Below the pieces are notes generated by a model. That model was not told where the DNA came from. It worked only from the letters and a program-made list of their open reading frames with translations, and searched no databases. From the human T2T-CHM13v2.0 reference genome, Homo sapiens, in assembly GCF_009914755.1 (NCBI RefSeq), contig NC_060929.1: DNA of 64,000 nucleotides. One strand, given 5' to 3'. Positions within the stretch are counted from its first letter, which is position 1; every line of letters begins with the position of its first letter. Shown here piece by piece: positions 26,156 through 35,750 of this stretch. A program made the position numbers and the translations under genes.

Positions 26156-26845
26156 TAAGAGGTGAAGCCAGCTGGGTTTCTGGGTCAATTGGGGACAACT
26201 TTTGTGTCTAGCTAAAGGATTGCAAATGCACCAATCAGCACTCTGTGTCTAGCTAAAGGATTGTAAATGCACCAATCAGCACTCTATAAAAATGCACCAA
26301 TCAACACTCTGTAAAATGGACCAATCAGCACTCTGTAAAATGGACCAATCAGTGCTCTGTAAAATGGACCAATTAGCAGGACGTGTGCAGGGCCAAATAA
26401 GGGAATAAAAGCTGGCCACCCGAGCCAGTGGCAGCAACCCGCTCAGGTCCCCTTCCATGCTGTGGAAACATTGTTCTTTCGCTTTTAACAATAAATCTTG
26501 CTGCTGCTCACTCTTTGGGTCCGCACTACCTTTATGAGCTGTAACACTCATAGCGAGGGTCTGCAGCTTCACTCCTGAAGTCAGCAAGACCACGAACCCA
26601 CCAGGAGGAACAAACAACTCCGGACGTGCCACCTTTAAGAGTTGTAACACTCAACTGCGAAGGTCTGTGGCTTCACTCCTGAAGTCAGCGAGACCATGAA
26701 CCCACCAGAAGGAAGAATCTCCAGACACATCTGAACATCTGAAGGAACAAACTCCTGACACACCATCTTTAAGAACTGTAACACTCACTGCGAGGGTGTG
26801 CAGCTTCATTCTTGAAGTCAGTGAGACCAAGAACCCACCGGAAGG
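26156..26845 (+). promoter_or_regulatory. 5' LTR (LTR12 family): six CCAAT (NF-Y-type) repeats, AATAAAA TATA-like box, three U5 repeats; 3' terminus deleted
   Basis: TAAGAGGTGAAGCCAGCTGG start; repeated CACCAATCAGCACTCTGT; GGGAATAAAAGC at ~26401; TGTAACACTCA x3. Confidence 0.93.
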
Positions 26846-27549
26846 GCTCTCTAACAACCCCTGACTCTTTGGAGTTGGAAGCATTGATTTGCCTGGAACC
26901 AGCTTCTGCTTTTCCTGTACTTCTAGGCTGAGCCAAGTGTCGACAGAGAGGAAAGCCATTCAGCTCCGGGATCCCAACAACAAGTTGGTTGACCCTGCGG
27001 CCATGAGTGGAACTCTCAAAGTCATGTCGCCCAAGTGAGACTCGCCCATCTAACCTATCTAACCTGACCCTTGCCTTCTGGGTCCTAATGCCTGTCAGAC
27101 AAACTTCCTCTCACCTCTCTTCTCCAAGGCTACTAAAAACCGCTCCTAAAAACCACTGCCTGTCTCTGGTGCTTTTCTAGTTTCTCCTATAAGAATGATT
27201 TCTAGTATAAACTCCAGGACTCTATTCCCTTATTTAGGCACCTGGGCTCACCAATCAGAAAGACATAATATTTGCCCAAAGCCCCATCAAGGGGCGACTA
27301 TCTGGAATTTTAGGATCCCTCCTCAGACTAGCAGGCCTAACAAAAGCTATTCCTGAAGGTAGGATATGGGGAGCTTCAGAAATGATATCTTTCCTATTCA
27401 AGTGAGGACAAAAGGTGTCACACTTCCAACCCTGGAGATCCCTTCCCTCCCTCAGGGTATGGCCCTCCACTTCATTTTTGGGGCATAACATCTTTATAGG
27501 ACAGTGGTAAGTTCCCGATACTAACAAGAGAACACTTAGGACTCTAACA

Positions 27550-27790
27550 GTTTATCGAGAATGTGTCGGTAAGGGCCACTAAATCCAATTTGTCTGGGTC
27601 CCCTTTGTGGTCTAGGAGGACAGGCAAGAGTGCAGGTTTTTGAGAATGCATCAGTAAGGGCCACTAAATCCAATTTTTCTCAGTCCCCTTTGTGGTCTAG
27701 GAGGACAGACAAGAGTGCAGGTTTTCAAGAATGCATCGGTAAGGGCCACTAAATCTGACATTCCTCGGTTCTCCTTGTGGAGGAAAACTA
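27550..27790 (+). repeat. ~85 bp tandem repeat (about 2.7 copies) in ERV9 leader
   Basis: GTAAGGGCCACTAAATC occurs three times at ~85 bp spacing. Confidence 0.9.
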
Positions 27791-27916
27791 GTGTTTCTGC
27801 TGCTGCTGCATTGGTGATCGCAACTATTCTGATCAACAGGGTCTGGGGACCGTTGTGGGTTCTAGGGCAGGGGGAGAAACAAACAAACCAAAACCGTGGG
27901 TGGTTTTGTCGTTCAG

Positions 27917-29370
27917 ATGGGAAACACTCAGGCATCAACAGGCTTACCCTTGAAATGCATCCTAAGCCATTGGGACCAATTTCACCCACAAACTCTGAAA
28001 AAGAGATGGCTTATTTTTTTCTGCACTATGGCCTGGCCCCACTATTCTCTCTCTGATGGGGAAAAATAGCCACCTGAGGGAAGTATAAATTACAATACTA
28101 TCCTGCAGCTTGACCTTTTCTGTAAGAGGGAAGGCAAATGGAGTGAAGTACCTTATGTCCAAGCTTTCTTTTCATTGAAGGTGAATCCACAACCATGCAA
28201 AGCTTGCAATTTACATCCCACAGGAGGACCTCTCAGTTTACCCCCATATTCTAGTCTCCCTATAGCTCCCCTTCCTATTAATGATAAGCCTCCTGTAATC
28301 TCCCTCACCCATAAGGAAACAAGCAAAGAAATCTCCAAAGGACCACAAAAAACCCTGTGCTATCAGTTATGTCCACTTAAGCTGTAGGGGGAGGGGAATT
28401 TGGCCCAACCCAGGTACATGTCCCCTTCTCCCTCTCTGATTTAAAGCAGATCAAGGCAGATCTGGGGAAGTTTTCAGATGATCCTGATAGGCATATAGAT
28501 GTCCTACAGGGTCTAGGGCAAACCTTCGATCTCACTTGGAGAGATGTCATGCTATTAGATCAAACCCTGGCCTTTAATGAAAAGAATGCAGCTTTAGCTG
28601 CAGCCCAAGAGTGGAGATACCTGGTATCTTAATCAAGTAAATGTTAGAATGACAGCCAAAGAAAGGGACAAATTCCCTACTGGTCAGCAAGTCATCCCCA
28701 GTATGGATCCCCACTGGGACCTCAACTCAGATCATGGGGACTGGAGTCGTAAATATCTGTTGACCTGTGTTCTAGAAGGACTAAGGAGAATTAGGAAAAA
28801 GCCCATGATTATTCAATGATGTCCACCATAACTCAGGGAAAGGAAGAAAATCCTTCTGCCTTCCTCAAGCAGCTACAGGAGGCCTTAAGAATATATACTT
28901 CCCTGTCACCCAACTCACTGGAGGGTCAATTCATCCTAAAAGATAAGTTTATTACCCAATCAGCCACAGATATCAGAAGAAAGCTCCGAAAGTGAGCCCT
29001 GGGACCTGAACAAAATCTGGAGGCATCATTAAACCTGGTAACCTCAGTGTTCTATAATAGGGACCAAGAGGAACAGGCCGAAAAGGAAAAGTGAGATCAG
29101 AGAAAGGCCACAGCCTTAGTCATGGCCCTCAGACAAACAAACCTTGGTGGTTCAGAGAGGACAGAAAATGGAGCAGGCCAATCACCTAGTAGGGCTTGTT
29201 ACCTGTGTGGTTTACAAGGACACCTTAAAAAAGATTGTCCAATGAGAAACAAGCTGCCCCCTCAACCATGTCCACTACGCTGAGGCAATCACTGGAAGGT
29301 GCACTGTCCCAGAGGACAAAGGTTCTCTGGGCCAGAAGCCCCCAACCAGATGATCCAACAACAGGACTGA
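27917..29370 (+). pseudogene. gag: ERV9 gag (stops and frameshifts)
   Basis: ATG GGA AAC ACT CAG (MGNTQ...); [28 protein letters not shown]; CCHC knuckle CYLCGLQGHLKKDCP near 29197; ends CAGGACTGA. Confidence 0.92.
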
Positions 29371-29770
29371 GGGTGCCTGGGGCAAGCGCCAGCTCAAGTC
29401 ATCGCCCTCACTGAGCCCCGGGTATGTTTAACCATTGAGGGCCAGGAAATTGACTTCCTCCTGGACACTGGCACGGCCTTCTCAGTGGTAATCTCCTGTC
29501 CCAGATGACTGTCCTCAAGGTCCGTTACCATCTGAGAAATCCTGGTACAGCCTGTTACCAGGTATTTCTCCCACCTCCTCAGTTGTAATTGGGAGACTTT
29601 GCTCTTTTCACATGCCTTTCTTGTTATGCCTGAAAGTCTCATACCCTTATTAGGGAGGGACATATTAGCCAAAGCTGGAGCCATTATCTACATGAATATG
29701 GGGAACAAGTTACCCATTTGTTGTCCCCTGCTTCAGGAGGGAATCAACCTTGAAGTCTGGATGTTGGAAG
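29371..29770 (+). pseudogene. pro: ERV9 aspartic protease (inactivated)
   Basis: FLLDTGTAFSV active site near 29455, LLGRDIL near 29650, in-frame TGA codons. Confidence 0.9.
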
Positions 29771-29774
29771 GAAC

Positions 29775-30640
29775 AAACTCAAGCTCTAGCCTTAACCCTT
29801 CCCACAGGACAAAACTTCTCTTTATCACAGAGAGAGCAGGAATAGCTCTTGGAGTCTTTATTCAGCCTCGTGGGACAACCCCACAACCAGTGGCATACCT
29901 AAGTAAGGAAATTGATGTAGTAGAAAAAGGCTGGCCTCACTGTTTACAAATAGTTGTGGCAGTGGCCATCTTAGTGTCAGAGGCTATCAAAATAATGCAA
30001 GGAAATGATCTCACTATATGGACTACTCATGATGTAAATGGCACACTAGGTGCCAAAGGAAGTTTATGGCTATCAGACAACCACCTACTTAGATACCAGG
30101 TGCTACTCCTTGAGAGGCCAGTGCTTCAAATACATGCATGCGTGGCCTTCAACCCTGCCAATTTTCTCCCAGAAGATGGGGAACCAATCGAGCATGACTG
30201 CCAACAAATTATAGGCAAATTATTTTGCCACCCGAGATGATCTCTTGGAAGTCCCCTTAGCTAATCCTGACCTTAACCTATATACAGATGGAAGTTCATT
30301 TGTGCAGAATGGGATATGAAGGGCAGGTTATGCCATATTTAGTGATGTAACTGTACTTGAAAGCAAGCCTCTTCCTCCAGGGACCAGCACCCAGTTAGCA
30401 GAACTAGTGGCACTGACCCGAGCCTTAGAACTGGAAAAGGGAAAAAGAATAAATGTGTATACAGATAGCAAGTATGTTTATCTAATCCGAAATGCCCATG
30501 TTGCAATATGGAAAGAAAGGGAGTTCCTAACCTCTGGGGGAACCCCCATTAAATACCACAAGTAAATCATGGAGTTATTGCACACAGTGCAAAAACTCAA
30601 GGAGGTGGAAGTCTTACACTGCCAAAGCCATCAGAAAAGG
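29775..30640 (+). pseudogene. pol: ERV9 pol remnant: RT connection + RNase H; RT catalytic core and integrase absent
   Basis: ERAGIALGV...PQPVAYLSKEID...GWPHCL; LYTDGSSFV; QLAELVALTRALEL; VYTDSKY; no YxDD or integrase HHCC/DDE seen. Confidence 0.9.
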
Positions 30641-30960
30641 GAAGAGGGGAGAAGAGCAGCATAAGTGGCTACAGAGGCAAGGAAAGACTAGCAGAAAGGA
30701 AAGAGAGAAAGAGACAGAAAGTCAGAGAGAGAGAGAGGAAGAGACAGAGACAAAGAGGGAGTCAGAGAGAGAGAGAGACAGAGAGTCAGAGAGAAGGAAA
30801 GAGAGAGAGGAAGAGACAAAGAATGAATCAAACAGAGAGACAGAAAGTCAGAGAGAGAGAGAGAGAGGAAGAGACAGAGAAAAAGAGGGAGTCAGAAAAA
30901 GAGAGACAAAGAAGAAGTCAAAGAGAAAGAAAGAGAGATGGAAGTAGTAAAGGAAAAACA
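30640..30960. repeat. GA-rich polypurine tract with internal duplication
   Basis: GACAGAAAGTCAGAGAGAGAG...GGAAGAGACAGAGA...AAAGAGGGAGTCAG occurs at ~30713 and ~30839. Confidence 0.9.
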
Positions 30961-31532
30961 GTGTACCCTATTCCTTTAAAAGCCAGGGTAAATTTAAAAC
31001 CTATAATTGATAACTGAAGGTCTTCTCTGTAACCCTGTAACACTCCAATACCACCTTGTTGTCAGTGTAAACAAGGGCGTAGCCCAAAAGCACTGAGGCC
31101 ACTAACAACCCATAGCCTTCCTATCAAAAATCCTTAACCCAGCAGGTTTCCTAACAGGGGATCTAAATCTTAATTAATTACCATACAATGGTCCAACCAG
31201 ACCTAGGAGGAATTCCCTTCAGGACAGGAAGATAGATGCTTCCTCCCAGGCGATTAAGGGAAAAAGACACAATGGGTATTCAGTAAGTGGCAAGGGGAAC
31301 ACTTGTAGAAGCAAAGTTAGGAAAATTGCCAAATAATTGGTTTGCTCAAGAGTTGTTTGCACTCAGCCAAACCTTGAAGTACTTGCAGAATCAGAAAGGA
31401 GCCATCTATACCAATTCTAAGTTAATATGGACTGAAGGAGGTTTTATTAATAGCAAAGAAAAATTAAAATCCCAAACTTATAAGGTTTTCAACAAAAGTA
31501 AAGTTTGCTAAAAGTTAACAGCGTAACATGTA

Positions 31533-32117
31533 TTATCCTACTACCACACACTCTCAAAGGATTTCTCAGACAGTTTGCAAGAAATAATGATATCTATCCT
31601 TACTCTACAATCCCAAATAGACTCTTTGGCAGCAGTGACTCTCCAAAACCGCCAAGGCCTAGACCTCCTCACTGCTGAGAAAGGAGGACTCTGCACCTTC
31701 TTAAGGGAAGAGTGTTGTCTTTACACTAACCAGTCAGGGATAGTATGAGATGCTGCCCGGCATTTACAGAAAAAGGCTTCTGAAATCAGACAACGCCTTT
31801 CAAATTCCTATACCAACCTCTGGAGTTGGGCAACATGGTTTCTTCCCTTTCTATGTCCCATGGCTGCCATCTTGCTATTACTCGCCTTTGGGCCCTGTAT
31901 TTTTAACCTCCTTGTCAAATTTGTTTCTTCTAGGATCGAGGCCATCAAGCTACAGATGGTCTTACAAATGGAACCCCAAATGAGCTCAACTATCAACTTC
32001 TACTGAGGACCCCTAGACCAACCCCCTGGCCCTTTCACTGGCCTAAAGAGTTCCCCTCTGGAGGACACTACCACTGCAGGGCCCCATCTTTGCCCCTATC
32101 CAGAAGGAAGTAGCTAG
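31533..32117 (+). pseudogene. env: ERV9 env TM-subunit remnant (SU missing), two internal stops, no frameshift
   Basis: LQNRQGLDLLTAEKGGLCTFLREECC (ISD + CX6CC); TM anchor WFLPFLCPMAAILLLLAFGPCIFNLLVKFVSSRIEAIKLQM. Confidence 0.92.
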
Positions 32118-32173
32118 AGCAGTCATTGCCCAATTCCCAAGAGCAGCTGGGGTGTCCCGTTTAGAGTGGGGAT

Positions 32174-32732
32174 TGAGAGGTGAAGCCAGCTGGACTTCTG
32201 GGTCGGGTGGGGACTTGGAGAACTTTTGTGTCTAGCTAAAGGATTGTAAATGCAACAATCAGTGCTCTGTGTCTAGCTAAAGGATTGTAAATGCACCAAT
32301 CAGCACTCTGTAAAAATGCACCAATCAGTGCTCTGTAAAATGGACCAATTAGCAGGATGTGGGTGGGCCAAATAAGGGAATAAAAGCTGGCCACCCAAGC
32401 CAGCAGCAGCAACCTGCTCGGGTCCCCTTCTACGCTGTGGAAGCTTTGTTCTTTCGCTCTTCACAATAAATCTTGCTGCTGCTCACTCTTTGGGTCCACA
32501 CCACCTTTATGAGCTGTAACACTCACCACGAGGGTCTGCGGCTTCACTCCTGAAGTCAGCAAGACCACGAACCCACTGGAAGAATGAAACTCTAGACACA
32601 TCTGAACGTCTGAAGGAACAAACTCGGACACACCATCTTTAAGAACTGTAACACTCACTGCGAGGGTCTGCAGCTTCATTCTTGAAGTCAGCGAGACCAA
32701 GAACCCACCAGAAGGAACCAATTCCGGACACA
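32174..32732 (+). promoter_or_regulatory. 3' LTR (LTR12 family), 559 bp, intact TG...CA; poly(A) signal near 32465
   Basis: TGAGAGGTGAAGCCAGCTGG...AATTCCGGACACA; CAATAAATCTTGCTGCTGCTCA. Confidence 0.95.
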
Positions 32733-33685
32733 CTAGTGCCTCCAAGAGGCATTAATAGATTTGCTATTTTAAAAAAGAATAAATAATTGAGGACCTCTTT
32801 ATTACATGGTGTCTGACTTAACCACTAGTCTCTTCTTATTTCCTGGTACACATCCAATAAAGTACATCAAAGTTTCACCTCCCTAAAACATGGGAAAAGA
32901 GTTTTGACTATACTATAGAGAATTTCCTACTAACAAGATGTGTAGCTGTAAGTTGAGAATCTCCATTTGTGGCTTATATGTGTTTATTTTTTTCTCCGTT
33001 CTGAATTGAAGTAAATCAATAGTTCTTAGGGAAGGCTATTTTCTTGACTCAGTGAGGCAACAAAGTATGAAAGAGTTGTTCCTTAACTGTCCTGGACCTG
33101 TTTTTAGCATCTCCTCTAAATATAGTCAGTCATTTTGGAATGCAGTAATACCAGGGTAAGAACTATAGGGGCTAGAGGGCAGGGAGGAAGAAGTACTATC
33201 GAGTTCCCACTAAATTTTGGAGATATTGCTCAAATAATTCAAATACTATTGGTGGATTTAGAAAAACCTCTTGTGGAATTGTTCACTGATTATAGCAGTC
33301 ATGTACACCTTGTTTGGGTCATCTTAACAAATGCCACCTAGATCATAAAAACTGGGCCTGTAGTTTGAAGACATTAATTATGTCTTCTTAGAAAGTAATT
33401 TTTCTGAATGGCAAGGGTTGGGATGATGGGTAGTCCTTTACTCTTTCTCTTGGACGACATTAATTCTTATAAAAATAATGTGACCTAGAAAGCTGTTTAT
33501 TTTAAAACCTGTTTTTTAGTTTTGCTCTGGCAATAGGACTCCAATATTTACCTAGAGAATGAATCAAGAGCATTTGTCTGTCTTTTTTGCAGGAAGTACA
33601 AACAAATTCTAGTCAATAATACATAGATCAAAGTGTTATTTGGCCACTTTTGTGAACTTCTCTTATAAAATTACTGGTGTATGCC

Positions 33686-34056
33686 TGAAATGGTTTGGCT
33701 GTGTCCCCACCCAAATCTCAACTTCAATTGTAGTTCCCACAATCCCCATGAATCATGGGAGAGATCAGGTGGACATAATTGAGTCATGGGGGCTGTTTAC
33801 TCCATCCTGTTCTCATGATAGTGAGTTGTCACACCTGATGGTTTTATAAGGGGCTTACCCCTTCAATGGGCACTCATTCTTCTTCTCCCTGATGCCATGT
33901 GAAAAAGGACATGTTTTCTTCACCTTCCTCCATGATTGTAGGTTTCCTGAGGCCTCCCCAGCCATGTGGAACTGTGAGTCAATTTAACCTCTTTCCTTTA
34001 TAAATTACCCCGTCTGGGGTGTATCTTTATTAGCAGCATGAGAACGGACTAATACA
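33686..34056 (+). mobile_element. THE1 (C/D-like) MaLR solo LTR
   Basis: TGAAATGGTTTGGCTGTGTCCCCACCCAAATCTC...GAACGGACTAATACA; TSD ATGCC/ATGTC. Confidence 0.9.
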
Positions 34057-35529
34057 ATGTCCTTTCCACATTATAAAAGTTATGTGTCCCTTATTCTGTC
34101 CTATAACCTAAAACTGGAATTGGTAGCTGAAGCAGTAGCTACTATCATATGCCAGAAGTGATGAACTGCCAGAAACAAAGGCTCTTGGAAGAGACATATT
34201 ATATCATGCAAGCCTAGACTATCCACTTTACACTTTAACAGAAGAGAGAAACATTATCTCCTTTAAAGTACTGTTATTTTACATTTTTGTTACTCCCAAT
34301 CAACATAATACTAATTTCAATTTCTTTAAGTGAGACTTAAAGGAAATGAGTCAGTATCTTGAAATTTTAAAGAATCTTCTATTAGAAAAAGAAAAAAAAG
34401 ATGAAGATACAAAATAACATGATAAAGGTTATAAAACAATAAATCTAAACAAAAACAAGAACCCAAAATCCAGGGATGGGGGAAAGCCTGAGATGAAGCT
34501 GTGATGGGAGATCTCATTCCTACCACTATGGCAGGCTGCATAATCTGTAAAATCTTCCAGCTCTAAAAGATGTTAAGAGGTGCTGTATAAATTGTTACAA
34601 AGATTTTTGGATGCATAGCAGAAAGCAAAACATATTGAAAGATATTCTCAAGGGCTGAAAATGAAGACAGAGCAAGACAACAAAAATAGCAACTGAAGGT
34701 GCTGTACGTGCCCCTGTAAATTTTGAGAATCTAGGATCTTGCATTTTAAATGCCATGTAGGGGGATTAGATAACTCCTAGAGCACAGATGAGGTAGAAGG
34801 TTGAAAGACAGACAACTGCAAAAAAAAAAAGCCTCAAATTTTAAAGGCCTAAACTCAAAGGGCTAAAAAGATGTGGTAGCAAAATTCTAGCGGAATGGTG
34901 GAAAGTAACAGACCTATTGTCATTTGTCATTTTGTTATGGCAGCCTTCAGAAGTTGACTTGGTTCTGTAGCAACCTGGCACATAATTTACCAAGATACTT
35001 GAACACACTCAGAGGGAATAATGGGAGTAGAACCCAAAATTAAATAAGTAAACAAGCCAAACAAGATTTGGGAGGATTTTTTTTCTGTCTCTTTCACAGA
35101 AAATCACATGGCCAATATCATCATGTATGAAATGAAATATTTCATTCATTGAATATGTTGGAGGCAAAGTGATGGAATCTATCTGGAAAAATATATGGTT
35201 ATCATATATTTTACCCTGAACCACTGACCAATTGAGAGCAACTTAATCCAGTTTTCTATTATGTTTTGATTTGTTTGCTTGCAGGATAGTTTAGAATGAA
35301 AGAGAAACATAAGATACTTTGCTTATCTGTTTCTAAATCCAAGAACACAGGTCATAATAACCATGAGTGGTTAAAAAAAAGACAAATTATAAATTGTAGT
35401 CATGTTTGGGGACTACTTTCAACTTAAGCCAAAAGGAGAGAGATAAAGGCATATGCCATTCATATCCTATTTTTAAAAAGAACATTCTGTAAATTTAAAA
35501 TATACCCTCTTTAGGATGTTAATTTTATA

Positions 35530-35750
35530 GGCTTGAGGTGATTTTCACTGACAGAGAATAAAAAAGGAGCAGATTTTGGATACATGAAAAAAATGTATTT
35601 TCATAAATACAATTACTTAGCATAAATGCTCTATGAGCATTTAAGTAAACTTGTCCACTAGGCTTTAGATAGAAATCTGGTCTGGAAACATAGGTATGTG
35701 AGTCACCAGAATATAGATGGCAATTATGGGCCAGAAAACTTAATCCTGCC
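35530..35750 (-). mobile_element. L2 fragment
   Basis: TTGTCCACTAGGCTTTAGATAGAAATCTGGTCTGGAAACATAGG...GAGTCACCAGAATATAGATGG. Confidence 0.45.

Larger units (their letters stand above)
26156..32732 (+). mobile_element. ERV9/HERV9 provirus, internally deleted (non-autonomous type), TSD CTAG
   Basis: two LTR12-type LTRs, gag/pro/RNaseH/env-TM remnants, PPT at 32161-32173, CTAG at 26152-26155 and 32733-32736. Confidence 0.96.

Noticed and set aside
26210-26380. Regularly spaced ~24-41 bp repeats resembling a CRISPR array
   Set aside because: These are LTR12 U3 CCAAT enhancer repeats with no unique spacers; eukaryotic context, no cas genes
26276-26959. 124- and 102-aa minus-strand ORFs (and 32461-32745)
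   Set aside because: Antisense frames of LTR12 U5/U3 repeats, common to the family
30823-31017. Charged RE-rich 64-aa ORF
   Set aside because: Translation of the GA-rich tract
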